Numbered from the stretch's first letter, positions 25,453 to 39,785 are shown. The stretch: DNA of 64,000 nt from Macrostomum hystrix (GCA_950097015.1 CATNEN010000038.1:14570001-14634000); one strand, 5' to 3'. Numbers and translations are program-made. Notes: generated by a model from the sequence alone, not told the origin.

Positions 25453-27832
25453 CTGCGCGTGGAGTTTCTATTTATAGGCGGGAGCGTGAGTGGGGGAACT
25501 TTCCAGAAGGATACCATTACATGACGCGCACACACACAAGAGAAGGGTCGAGAAGATTCTGGAATAAACAAATGAACTCACACATTATAACAAATGAGGG
25601 AAGTTTCTAGAAACTTCTAGAATAATTGCACGAGCGCCATAACACTTTGCACTTGTATTTGGCATGTATGGTTTGTGTACACTTGCCTCATATTGAATTC
25701 TTGGCATAAACACTTAGTGCTTAGGCCTAAGGCAGGTTTGGTAGGCCTGGCTATATTGCATGCAAGTGTAGTACTAGGCCACTAATGACTTAGTCACAAA
25801 TAAATTTAAGGCCATCAGGGTGTTTAAAAGTAAAAATTTACTTTGTTTTACTATTTCACTGCTTATTTATCAGATTTTTTAGGCCTATCCTCTTTTAATT
25901 TTCAAGTGCACAAACAAAAAATAGCGTGCTCTCTAGCCTTCCAGTTATTTGGCATGCACTAAGCATGATCATGATCAAGACTATGGGCCATGCCATGCCA
26001 TGCAGCTCTTTCTTTCAATTATTAGGGAACTAGCCTATGTGTTTATTTTGATAAAGTCACAATAAATTTCACATAGGCCTAGCTTTGCAGAGCTAATACA
26101 TTGTAACTTGAAATGTTGGGCCCTTAAGTAGTTAAATGTTAGGCATATTGGCCCTAAACTGAAAATTCTGTCGGTATGTTTAAATACTGTCCTTAGTCAT
26201 TTAGCTGTACATTAATCGCTTCTGCAAAATGAACAGGTATATATTTCTTTGTCTAATTGTCTGGAGCCATTGTATTGTGTGCTATGGCGAAAATCGCGAT
26301 TAATAAAAATAAACACGCGCCCGTGCAAGACAGGCTTGCGTAAATTAGTAATAATACAGAACAGTTCATTTTTTTATTTGTTCATGTTTAAAAAGTTGAT
26401 TTTAAATGTGAAACACTAAGTCGATAGTCTCATGTTTTTCGCACCAATTAAATTTTAGCATTTTAAATTTCCACACTAAAACTTAAAAAAATATTAACTA
26501 TCTAGGCGAGTATACAGAAACAACTCCTTGTTTAAATAAATTACGGTGTGTACTTCTCATAACGCAAATAGAGCATAGCTATTGTGCTGAGCTAATTAGA
26601 CCCTCGTATTCGGAAGCCATAGCAAAAACCACTCTCTCTCGCATCAGCTTCGGTAGATCTTCAAGCAACTGTGTATACATGATTATCTTCATATCTGACT
26701 TTACAGAGTTTTTAAAAGCCTGTATTTTTCTGGTCCTACTGAGTGTTAGCTTGGCTGGAGGTTAAACCGGGGGTCGGGGTGGGCTTGTGCTTGGTGCGGT
26801 GGGTACATGTGCATGCCTGGTCCCGTGGCTGCCTCCCCTTGTGGGGTCGGCCCAGCCCAGCTTTATTTAGTGTTGCGCCCTTTGCGGCGTCTCTACTCCA
26901 AGTGGCTTGTTGATTTTTTCTGCGTCGATCATCAATGTTTCTGCTTTTATCTAAATCTAAATCTAATTCTTATCTAAATTACCTTCGTCTCGCTCATTTA
27001 ATATAAATTTTAGTTAGCAGTGACAATCCTCGATTCTTTATTAAGGGCCAGGTTCGAACCTGCGCACTCCGTGACAACCACCCTGGCTTCGACTTACATG
27101 TTTAATCTCTAAAATCACAGTAGGCCCTATGGATATTGATTTAAATTTAAGAAAATTAAACAAAATATAAGGAAAGGATGTAAATTAAATGCATCCATTA
27201 CTGGCGATCGAAATGAGCCTGCGCAGAATCTGCAGCTACCTGTCTACTAGAATTTTCAAGCATCACGTACTGCGCTCACTAATTAGACACGTACGTTAGT
27301 ATAATTTAGTATTATTAACTACTGACGAATAAAAATCCATACTGAATTCCATGGATTATGGTTGTTTGCATCCATAATTTTGAGCTTCATGATATATCTG
27401 CGATACAGATTAGTTTTTACAGTTTTTTATTTTGTACATTGAAATGAATTAAGTTAATTTTCGAGTAAATAAATAAACATAATAAAACTCGGTACTGCAC
27501 AAAGCCACATTGAATATGCTCAAGAGTCTTAAAAAGATAGCTTGCACGTATTCAGAACGAACAGAACTCGGTACTAAAACTCCATTCTATATGTACAAAA
27601 TAATTTTCGAGTCGCATTGGCATAGAAAATACCATTATTATCTGCCGTTCTGTCTCAATGTGCATTTCTCCTAGCATTAAACAGATACTAATAAGAGACG
27701 CACAGAAAAAATAGAAACAAACACAAAACTGCCAGTGACTCTACCCCTGTTTTAATCGCTCTTCTGCTTATTTTAAAGCAAATAAATGCCAAAGAAGCAG
27801 CTGTGATCTCTGTTCATTGCGTCTTTCCGCAG

Positions 27833-29898
27833 CTGATCAACAACCATATATACGATCCTACTGGGAAAACATTGCAATGGCAGTGGCCCCATTGTGGCAC
27901 TCGGAAAGGCTCGGATCGTACCTAAATAGAGCGCCGAGGTCAGCCGCCTTGGTTTTAAGTTTAAAAGCCGAGTTAGCGTCTGTTAGCGACACTGAGCCGT
28001 TAATACGCGAACTCTTACACCGGCTAATTAGCGACCAGCAACTACTGCGAAATATTGAGTCAAGATGCGATGGCACACCGCGTTCTCTATCCCACATGGG
28101 ACTAAGTTACTTAATGAATCGAACTGGCGTGTCTATCGGCAAGTTTCTCGACTGTCTATTTGAAATGCCGCATGCTCGTCAGTTATTGAAGAAGCTGCTG
28201 TTCGTTGAGGGCCCGCCTGAAGGTGTGAGGTCAGTGCGACAAGGCGAGACTGTTCAGCTTAGAGCAAGGCTGCACGATGCCTTTGTTATAATCCTTCGCC
28301 TTCAATGGAAACATTGCAACAACCGAGGTGAGGCGCAGCTGGCTGTTGAAGGCGAAGATGTGCTAATTCAAAGCTTTGACTTAAAAAAACACTCCGGTGA
28401 GTACGAGTGTCTTGTAACCTCAGATAAGAAAGCCAAGTTGAGATTCGCAATACGTCTTGCAAAATCATCTGATATTTTACTGGAGCAGCCCAAACAGCCA
28501 GAAGGACCATTGTGGTCAGAGCAGGACATGACCAGAAGCTTCAAGTTCGCTTTGCTTGTCAGTTGCGCCGAATATCAAGACGAGGATATTGATAACTTTG
28601 GCGACGACAACGGAAGTATAAAAAGGTTGGAAAGTCACCTAGCTGAGCTTGGCTACCAATGTGCTTCTCTACGCGACCCAACTCGCGTCCAGCTGCTCTG
28701 CGCAGTTAGCAGACTTCGTCAGGTTCTCATCGCCAGCCAAAAATGGGATGCTAGCTCTTCACCACAAATTTTTCTTCTGCTAGATGGACACGGCTGCGTC
28801 GATAAAGGTCGAAGTGATTGTTGTGGCAATGTCAATCCCAACCTAGTCGAGTATTTTTTACCTGCGGATGCCAGAATAAAGAAACGTGACAATTGTCTGC
28901 AACCTGGCCGCAGGATGTGCGAATGCAATAACTTAATACCGATAGAGGAGAATATCATAGCACCTCTGTCTGGCGCCCTTAGCACCAAAGGCAGGATGAT
29001 TGCCGTGGTCGATGTCTGTCGTAATCTAGCCGCGATAGAGCCACTCAGTGGACCTCAATTTCGCTTAACCCTGGCCCACAATCGCATCGATCGCCTGTAC
29101 ACCGCAAGTCATAACGAATTCGCTCTCGCTCCTCTAGATGGCCCCTCAATTAGTGTTGAAAGCCTACTGTCATCGTTCGATGAGGCAAAGCACAACAGAG
29201 AGTTGCTAGTTCCACGTCGACTTCTGGACGCAACTGCCCGAAGGATTAAGGAGCGAATGCATCAGGGTGCCACAGCCAATGGACTGCCGCGGCCAAAACC
29301 AGAATGCTGCATCGTCTATGACGAATCTCCGTTGGATAGCCGGGTTTTCATCAGTGAGCCACTCGCCAGACAGGCCGCCTGCCGTGTGATGCGGGCTGCA
29401 ACCTGGGCGCAACGCCAGTCCAAGTTTGCTCTGCTGTTCCTCATTGACAACCAAACAATGCTCCATCAAACAAACATTGAGTTTGAAAAGCTTCAAGCTC
29501 TGCTTCACCTGCATGGATTCCATGTTCTGCTGCTACGCAGTTGCTCCGTGGCAAAAGATGTTTCAACCAAACTGAGAAACCTGATTTATAAGGCCAAGGA
29601 TTGCCCAATGCGTCTGATGCTAATCGACACCAGACATAGCGATGATGATGAGGCCTTGAAGACGAGCAAAGATACTCTGGAATCTGTCCTTCACTCTGAA
29701 AATCGTGGCAACAGAGAATTAGTAGTTTATCGGTACCACGAACTTAGCTCGCTTACAAAACTGGCAGAGGACAGCCTACTGCAGAAGCTGCCGTCGAGAA
29801 CCGCCTGGTCAATGGCCGAAGCCTGCGAGCCCAGTTCAATGGAGGACGGCGCGATGGTCGCTGAAGAGGCTGGCAAACTCGAACTGCAGTTTAATTAA
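27833..29898 (+). CDS. MALT1-like paracaspase: death-like domain, Ig domain, caspase-family protease domain and a partial second caspase-like fold
   Basis: DD-like end (SLSHMGLSYLMNRTGVSIGKFLDCLFEMPH). Ig motifs (VRQGETVQL...LQWKH...HSGEYECLV). Paracaspase motifs KFALLVSCAEY, LAELGY, LLLDGHG, FLPADA, VVDVCRN. Splice acceptor tctttccgcag at 27832; the true start is uncertain. Confidence 0.85.
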
Positions 29899-30478
29899 TA
29901 AACTAGCGGGAAACTATGAGCATATTTCATTGTGTTTATGTACTCAAAAATTTCCGACTTGTTTTAATTGAATTCTTGACTCACTTCGTTGTACTTCAAG
30001 ACTTCAATGAAAGTGTATTACTCGTATAAGAGTTTATTATGTAAGTGTAACTATAGTAATGTACACGTAAATTATATTAACAGACTTCGCTTAAGCAAAT
30101 ATATAGTGCATTCTCTTCCATTGAAACTAAATCAGACGATAATGTTTATTCAGACACATAAATTTAATTAGAGAAAGTTAAATTAAAGAAACGATCAAAA
30201 ACTTTATTGTTCGTAAAATGTAGTCTATTTCAGTATATTTGACTAGAATAAATACCGATGCACGATAAATTCACAAATGATTTGTTTAGTACAAGCTTAT
30301 GCTCACGTAAAGTATAATGAAATCTATTAGATACACGCAGAGATGCCGAACGAAAGCCCAGTCCAGATGCATTATGTCAGGTGTCAGCAAACTTATTAGC
30401 GTGCTGGCCACGGAGAGAACCTAATAGACGACAGCAGGCCGCATTAACTGTTGGAATATCATAAATGGAAGGGATGAA

Positions 30479-30846
30479 GGGGGTCGGTGGCAGAGCGGTT
30501 AACGCGTTTGCCTCTCGCACCACGGTCCTTAAGTTCGATTCCACGGCGAGGCCACATTTATTTGGGGCGCAGCCGCGGAGAGAAGGCTTGGGGGCTTGTC
30601 GTGCAATTTACGCCCTTGAGGGCCAACCTCCTAGGCACAGTAAAGTGTACACTGCCTGACGATGAGAAAGTCAGGGCAGATGTACACACCTGTGTGAGCG
30701 TGTGCCTGCGTACAGTATCTGTGTGCGTGTGTGCTCAGGAGTCAACGAAATGGGCAGAATTAGCCTCCTCGCTGGCTGCGGGTCTAGTGTCACCAAATGA
30801 TGTGCCATTGCCCGCAGCCCTCCTGCAATTATTATTATTATTATTA
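30479..30846 (+). mobile_element. SINE family A, full length
   Basis: A-box tggcagagcggttaa, B-box gttcgattcc, full body and (tta)n tail. Confidence 0.9.
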
Positions 30847-31260
30847 AGGAAAAGGATGAGACACAGGATAGATGATCGGCAGGGTAGAGATGAGACACGG
30901 GATCATACACGAGACGGGAGGGATGAGACAGATATGAGATGAGACAAGGGATAGATGAGAAAGGGAAGAGATGAGACACAGGACAGATGAGACACGTGAG
31001 AGCTAGGAGAGATAAGACTCTCCATCATTGGGGCGGAGATTCATTTGGGGCGCGAAGAGAAGGCTCAGGGGCTTGTCGTGCAACTTTCTCAAAATTAGAA
31101 ATCAAAATTGCTTAAAATTTAATCGACAATATGTGGCTCTCGTAAACACCTGTGCCTTTAATGTGCTTTCAACGAGTTGTTATCCAATTTGATTTCACAG
31201 GAATTTACATTATTAACTGAGTTATTATTATTATATGACTTCAACCCGAGCCTGTCCAAC

Positions 31261-31380
31261 CTGACAGCATTCATCGATCAAGAGGCCAAGTAACACTCCG
31301 TGATTCTCTACGGCAAAGACTTCAGCGCCATGAGCCGCGGCATCCGTTCTTCATGCGCCAAGGATCATCAAGGATTCTGA
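31261..31380 (+). pseudogene. SANT/Myb-domain gene fragment with an in-frame stop
   Basis: Translates LTAFIDQEAK*HSVILYGKDFSAMSRGIRSSCAKDHQGF*, resembling the SANT motif F...E....L..YGKDF..IS. Confidence 0.5.
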
Positions 31381-32514
31381 AGTGATCAGCTCACTCTCGT
31401 CATTGCGATTCTTAGCAACCGAGGCCTTCCGCAGCCGCTGAGCTGAAGCTCAACAAAGAGCGGCTTGCGACTGTACCAGCAGTATTGCTCAGCGCAACTG
31501 GAAAATTGATCTCAGCGGCCCTGAAACTGTTAGCAGGCACCTGTTTCTGCATCTGGGCTAGATAACTAACTAAAGAATCCATGATAACTAATGAACCGGA
31601 TTTCAGGGTTCTCAAACGTATTTACTCTAAAAATGCCACCTTCAATTAACTAGCATTCTTCTTCCTGGGATGAAATAATGTTTTGCGTCTGTCGGAGTCA
31701 TGTTTGTTAAAATTTAGCCAATTGAAAAAAACACAAATTACATAAATGTTTAGCACCTGTTTTATAATTACTTACAAGCTCGTAGTACTTTTAAACTATT
31801 TGCCGCAAATTATACTTAGCGATGACACTGAAGAGGTGAGAGAAATGAAAGGATTGCAGAAAAGCAGTCAGGAATGGCATGCTCTGCTGTTGAAAGTAAC
31901 TTCTTAGTGCTGATGAAGAAAAAACAAAAGAACCTCATCCTGCATGAGGCTACCAAAAAGTAAGAAAAAAAGCAAAAAAAGCAATGGGTCTAGAATTTGC
32001 TTGCTTAGGAATATCTAGTGGAATTCCTTCTTCAAATTTTAAGTCTTCAATTCTTTTACATTATTACTCGTAGTTAGATGCCGAAGGTTTTACGTACATA
32101 GGACTTTTATCGAAACGTCGGCATGTTTCCATTTTTATTTTCGCGTGTAGAAACTGAGGAGAGGAGACATGCTGAAGTGGTGAAACTATGCTCGTGCACT
32201 GCCATTGTCGGAATTCCAATGGAATGCATTTCTATGCATTGAACCTCTCTTCCACCTGTTGAGTCTTCTCTTATCGATCCTGCTAAAATTCTAAAAAGAA
32301 GTTAGCCAGCTGCCCCTAAAAGCTAAGTCCCACAAATCCTTTTTTGGGTGAGGTACCGGCGGTAATTTCAAAGATGCATTCATTCATCAAGGAAACTGCC
32401 ATCAACACAGTTTTTTTCCCGGGAACTTGTGGCCATATATTGGGAAGTTCTTACTAGGAACAGCCGAAGTCCCATTGTCTGTCAGGAAGCTGAGAAGTTA
32501 AAATTCTAAAAAAT

Positions 32515-34586
32515 ATGTCTGCAGGATTTCTGTTTCTGCTGTTGCTATTAAATGCTGTTGTGGCAGCAGTTTCTGCTAACACAGCCGCAGCTGCTAGAGA
32601 CGAGGCGACCCCGATGGTGGCCGGCACGTACAGGCAGTTCAGCTTCATAGCGTCGGGCCGTCTGCCGCCAATGAATGCCTCGACAGTCAGTGGACTGACA
32701 CAGTCTGCTGGCTTCGGCATGAAGCTGGTCGGGCCGAGAGGATTCGATCCGCACCAGCTGGCCGCCCTCTCCTGTGCTGACAAGTGCAGGCAGATGCGGT
32801 ACTGCCACGCCTACTATTACAATGCCTCTACCGGCTTGTGCCACCTGGCCGATCAGGGACAGTTCGAGAGCTACTGGGCTAACAGCAATGAGACTACAGC
32901 TGGGGACGCGACGTACTCCTATGTGAAGCTCTACCACGGTAATTTTGCATTTTTAACGGCTTCATACTTCTCACCGAGAGGTTCTGGGTTCGACTCTAAA
33001 CTTTTCAAACATATGTGCCATTGTTGGAATCGTCGGGCACTAGCGGCTGTGCCGCTGGCTGTACATATTAGGCTGATAATAATAACAATAATAACAATTG
33101 CAGGAGGGCTGCGGGCAATGGCACATCATTTGGTGACACGAGACCTGCAGCCTGCGAGGAGGCAATTCTGCCCATTTCGCTGACACCCGAGCACACACTC
33201 ACACAGGTGTGTACATCTGCCGACTTTCTCATCGTCAGTGTACACTCTCACTGTGCCTTGGAGGTTGGCCCTCAAGGGCATAAATTGCACGACAAGCCCC
33301 CACACAGGGAAGGAGTAATTCCAATTTTCTTTATCAAATGCTCAAAAAGTATATGCTCAAAAGCCCAGCCTGTCGCTTTTGTCTTGATTTAGAACCTGAA
33401 CTTAGTCGAGCAACCAACCACATAACAGACATCTGCACGTGGCAGTCCTGGACTAACTGGGCGTCCTCCTCCGGCGCCCCCGGCACCGCCCTCTGCAATG
33501 TCAGAGCCAATCGAACCAGAGTTCGTCAGTGCACCTGCCCCTCTGACAGCTCTTCGGTTAACGGCTGGTGCCAGGCCGTAAAGGACAAAACAGAGACGCG
33601 GGGCAGCTTCATTGGCTGGTGCCAGTGGTCCGAGTGGGCCACTGAATCCTCCGCGAATGCAAACTCCCAGCCCTGCGACTACTGGCAGAGCCGGCACAGG
33701 TCAAGGGAGTGCGTCTGTCCGACCGACATTGAGCCGACGTCGATTGACAAAAGGCCAGTCGAGAATGTGACCCAGGTTCGTTTATGAGCGACACTTGAAA
33801 GTAAAAGCACTAGAGCGATCGTGAAGTTTCAAATGAGATTTTCACGAAATGACTTTTGTTCATGCCTAAATCATATTCGCGAATGATCATATTTCCTTGG
33901 AGTCGTAATGGATCGTTTTCAGAGATTATGTCGACCATTATAAGCGCCAGAAGGTGTGGCCATGTGATATTAAATTATTTGCCCATCAACACACGAGTAG
34001 AATTATATAGTTAGCAACGGTTGTGCGAAATAGCATTTCAAGTTGATTGCTTCGAATTCCAACTCGCTATTCAAGGAAGTGCATCCTTTCTACCTGATAC
34101 TTCCAGGTATGGCAGTGGTGCCCCTGGTTCGGCTGGAGCGAGTGGATAGACTGGCAAGGTGCCAGGAAGAGTTGGCTGTACTCCAACAGGCGCTACGTGC
34201 CCAACCTTAACACCGAGTTCACTCGACAGCGAAGTCGCAAATGCGGCTGCGACTCTTCCTCCGGCTCCGTCGCGGACAGATTAAATAGCAATGAGGTCAG
34301 CAGGATCTACGCGGCCTGGTGCCCCTGGTCCTACTGGAGCAGCTGGTTCCGCGACTGCAGCAGCCTGGGCGGCATTGTGCGCAGGCAAACAAGAACTATA
34401 GTTGACTGCAGTTTAAATTCTACAATCAGCAATCCGGATCCGAATTCCGAGAATTATATCAAAAGCGGAGTACAGTGCAACTGGGGAAGCTGGGAATTCT
34501 ACTTGGGCTGCTGGGGACGGAAGCGCAGCTGTTGGTGTGAAAGATCCCAGTACAGCACAGATGGCGTAACGGAGTACCGGTGCTAG
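32515..34586 (+). CDS. Secreted PAN/Apple + multiple TSP1-like repeat protein. Exons 32515-32938, 33393-33775, 34107-34586
   Basis: Signal peptide MSAGFLFLLLLLNAVVAAVSA. PAN motif CADKCRQMRYCHAYYYNASTGLCHL. Repeated C.W..W..W...R.R.C.C motifs. In-phase GT-AG junctions. Confidence 0.82.
33075..33300 (-). mobile_element. SINE family A copy (reverse) in intron 1 of the PAN-TSP1 gene
   Basis: Reverse complement of the family 3' body plus (taa)n tail. Confidence 0.85.
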
Positions 34587-34731
34587 CAGTGCCGGCTCAG
34601 CTTGAAGAAATGAACCAGGTTGCCATGGTTATCAATCACTGATTTCAGCAAGATCAACTTTCAAGAAATAACTTTCCAATACTGTTCCCAAGACTAAAAA
34701 GAAGATAGTGTATGCCTTTTGATTATTTCTT

Positions 34732-35060
34732 ATGGGGTTTCAGTGGCGAAGCAGTCCCGTGTTTGCCTCTCAAACCATGGTCCCTGAGCTCGATTCCGTG
34801 GCGGGGCGCAGCTGCAGGGAGAAGGCTTGGGGCCTTGTCGTGCAATTTACGCCCTTGAGGGCCAACCTCCAAGGCACAGTGAGAGTGTACACTGCCTGAC
34901 GATGAGAAAGTCAGGGCAGATGTACACACCTGTGTAAGCGTGTGCCTGCGTACGGTATCAGTATGCGTGTGTGCTCAGGAGTCAATGAAATGGGCAGAAT
35001 TGCCTTCTCACTGGCTGCGGGTCTAGTGTCACCAATAGATGCGTCAGTTGCCACAGCCCC
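34732..35060 (+). mobile_element. SINE family A copy
   Basis: tRNA-like head (gctcgattcc) and family body. Confidence 0.85.
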
Positions 35061-35207
35061 TTTATATTATGCAATATAAAGTAAATATATATTGTTCTTA
35101 GGATTTCCTAGATGTTTACTAGTCATTAGCTACTAGCTATACTCAAAGACTAGTGTGTCTACTCGTAGTTATAGGACAGCTTCTAGAGCAGTCCGTGATG
35201 TATCTAA

Positions 35208-36880
<1,673 letters not shown>

Positions 36881-38128
36881 TACAAAATTTATGCACCTAA
36901 TCAAAGCTGCTGCAATTTAAAATGGCCTAAAAATGGTCATTTTATCTCTGCCAATGTCCCATTGAATTAAAGCATTTGCACTCAAAACCAGTGGCATTGT
37001 CATGTCATTCTTGCACTTCTTTTTCCGATTTTGCGTTTCTTTTGAGTTTTCGTGTCACAAGTCACAAAATGGAAGTTGACAATGATCTCCGCGCTGACAA
37101 TAATGCAAACGCGGAACAATGAGACAAAAAAGCAACAATTTAACGGTGTTAGATTTGATTCCAGCTTCCGTTTCAAAGTCCCACTTCCTAGTGAAACCGT
37201 CACCAAGGCGAAAATCAATTGCAATGTCAAACAAGAGCTTAAAAAAGCGAAATTTACATTTTTAACCAGTTTTATAAGCGAAAGGACAAAGAAAAGCAAT
37301 TGTATAATTTATGCAAAACTGGGCTTTGCAAAATCGCTGAAAGAAGTCGGCACGTTTGATCTACTGTGGCCTTTGCTGCTGCTCCACCAAAGTCAGACTT
37401 TACAATTAGATGAAGCTGCGCGAGTTTTGTTGATTAAAATTGATCAAACAACAAACAGCTAACATTACAAAGTTTGTGGTCCTTGTCACCAGCGTCTTTG
37501 TTAGGAATTGCTGAATATCTCGATGGCTTTGAAAGTTGTTTCATCGTGTGGGACGGAAAATGTAACGATTTTTTTCATGTGGGATTTCACGAAAATCGGT
37601 AATTTGGTTTTGGAGCATGAAGTAGGTAGTGCTGGTATTTGGAATATCCCCGTTGTCATTCCCCAGGGGAAGCATAGCGTGGGCTCTCTACGGTTAAAGG
37701 GTGAAAAGTGGAGAAAGACTAGCAAAGAGCAGTCTATAAAATACATGTCAATAATCCCATTGTATCCATTCTGATGCATTAACCTGTCGTCCCAGTCGTT
37801 TTGTTTGTTTAACAAATAGTCTTCTTACCCATTGTGCTGACAAAATGGGCTCCATGGCCTCTAAAACTTTCCACAGACGTCGTGGACGTCTTTGTTGGCC
37901 TGTATTTGTCAACGGCGCATTGGCAAGGCACTAAAGGCGAATGATGAGCTTTTAGTCACCTGGTGCAGATCGGTTGAGAGAAGTGAAGTGGGATTGGATC
38001 GGACAGGGTAGCGCAATGACTGAGGAGTTGTTTTGTTAACAAAAACGCTATAAATAAAGCAAATGGTTTGGTGTTTGAACTAGCTAAACCATATTTGGCA
38101 TCAATTTTCATAGAGCAAGGCTTCAACA

Positions 38129-39259
38129 ATGACTTTAATTAGCAGAACGATACAACGAATCGCCACCATGGCTACGTTGATGACGGTGATTCGACAGACG
38201 TCAGCAGGGCTGCAGCTATCGACTGCAGTGGCCGTGATGCAGGTTGTTGCCAAGTGCCCACCTGCAGCAAGCCTGCCTCAGCTGCAGTGCCTCGTGGAGA
38301 TTCGCAGTCTAGAGCTCTGCGTTGTGGCCTGCGCGCAATCCAACCAATGCGCTGCTGTGTACTTTTCTCAGGCTGACACTCTCTGCTACTATGGCAACGC
38401 TGAACAGTGGGCCACTTTGTGGAGCCTGTCAGCCAACGGATGCATTAGCTACAGTAAGAACATTGCGGCGCCTGCTGTAGCTGCATCGACTGCTGCGTCT
38501 ATCGAGGCTACAACAACTCCAACAACTCCAACAACTTCAGCCAATGCTCAGACAACGCAGGGCATCATCAGCAAAATACCTGGACTGAGTGCTCAACTGG
38601 CCGCCAAATTGATCATCTTCTACGATTTTCGGCAGAGCTTCATCAACCTGGCCGATCCGTCCAAGTTTCTGGCGACTCCAGCGGGCAGCGTCACCCGCGA
38701 CAGCCAGGGCGCGGTGTTTCCTGGAAGTGGCGCTGACTTCATCGAGGTCGACACCGCTGGCAGCTCGCTGGTCGCTGAAAACCTCGACTACGCGAACAAC
38801 TTCACCTTCTACGCCCGCGTGATTCGTCAAGCCTGGTCGCACCAGAACTACCACTACTTTCACGACTGCTTTGGCAGCCTTCGTGGAGAGTTCGCTGATC
38901 ACAATGGCCAACTGTGGACCAGTCATGCCTTCTCGAACCAGACCAATCTGTTTGACAAGACTGAGACCGTACAGTCTGTGGCCAGCAACTTGGTGCCGAC
39001 AGACAACTCGCCATCGCATGTGTCAGCCGCAGCAATTTACACAGGCCTCCGTTTTAGCAGCTTCATTTTAAACGGAACGGCGAAGGCCGGCAGCCCAGAT
39101 CTGAACTATTCATTCCAGGGCCTGCCCGTGTGTCTGAGGCTTGGCTATCACACGTCAACAAACTTTCCGTTGAAGGGCCGGTTCATTTGCTACGCGATTG
39201 CCAAGGCTGCGCTGAGCGCTATTGAAGTTGTTGAGCTTGGACAGTTCTGCGCAGTGTGA
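38129..39259 (+). CDS. Intronless, probably secreted protein: PAN/Apple domain, Thr-rich linker and ConA-like/LamG-like domain
   Basis: PAN motif CVVACAQSNQCAAVYFSQADTLCYY, TTTPTTPTT linker and LamG/pentraxin-like motifs (LIIFYDF, GAVFPG..DFI, FTFYARV, LRLG, LKGRF..YAIAKAALS..EV). TATA ctataaata at about 38048. Confidence 0.72.
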   Translation: MTLISRTIQRIATMATLMTVIRQTSAGLQLSTAVAVMQVVAKCPPAASLPQLQCLVEIRSLELCVVACAQSNQCAAVYFSQADTLCYYGNAEQWATLWSLSANGCISYSKNIAAPAVAASTAASIEATTTPTTPTTSANAQTTQGIISKIPGLSAQLAAKLIIFYDFRQSFINLADPSKFLATPAGSVTRDSQGAVFPGSGADFIEVDTAGSSLVAENLDYANNFTFYARVIRQAWSHQNYHYFHDCFGSLRGEFADHNGQLWTSHAFSNQTNLFDKTETVQSVASNLVPTDNSPSHVSAAAIYTGLRFSSFILNGTAKAGSPDLNYSFQGLPVCLRLGYHTSTNFPLKGRFICYAIAKAALSAIEVVELGQFCAV

Positions 39260-39720
39260 ATCTATTCAGCTGAAATTAATTAAGAAGACATATCCTCGCT
39301 ACACACTACTTTGTTCTGGATATTCATGGCGATTGGTAAAATATTTTAGAAGATACAGAAAAAAAGTAAAATCTACAATGTACGAGCTCTGTAAATCTTT
39401 TTGGCTACATCTAGGATATGCAAGAACAGTCGTTGGCACCGTCCCTGTCTGTCGGCCTATTAAATCTCGGACTTGAGAATTATAAATATATGAGTAATTT
39501 TTCATGCTTAACAAACACAATCTTTCCTACAAAAGATAGTGCAACGAGAATGAATAAAGTTATTCTGATATATTTTCTCGTGACGTCACTGACGTTGCTG
39601 ACCACGTCAGCTAGGGCTATGCGGCCGTCGCTAATTTTTGAAGTACAAATTAATGCATTTAAAGTACATTTTAAAATAGATAGAAATACCTTGCTATTTT
39701 TCAGTACCAAGAAGTTTTCC

Positions 39721-39785
39721 TTGAGTCCTTAAGCAAGACACTTAATTAGCTGGGCTATTTTGAGGGTGGGTGTGGCGTTCTCCGG
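39721..39785 (+). mobile_element. Fragment of SINE family B
   Basis: gtccttaagcaagacactt...tgagggtgggtgtggcg matches the reverse complement of the copies at 49.5 and 50.8 kb. Confidence 0.6.

Noticed and set aside
27045-27075. tRNA gene (ggttcgaacc; similar at 50070-50130)
   Set aside because: Only a B-box-like remnant with no cloverleaf. Probably SINE debris.
5630-29898. Functional linkage of the ITAM-like receptor and MALT1-like paracaspase as an immune module
   Set aside because: They are 22 kb apart with unrelated genes in between. Proximity alone is not evidence in an animal genome.
30645-30690. Hammerhead ribozyme in SINE family A (CUGACGA...GAAA)
   Set aside because: The core-like words are present, but no stem III or NUH cleavage site can be built in type I or type III topology. 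The segment folds better as a simple hairpin.
32078-32126. Penelope-type minimal hammerhead (atgcc...cgaaacgtc ggcat)
   Set aside because: Stem I and GAAACGUC are present but the CUGANGA core is absent. At best a dead relic.
36980-37950. Several 90-140 aa ORFs, possibly a degraded transposase
   Set aside because: No recognisable motif and no consistent exon chain could be built.
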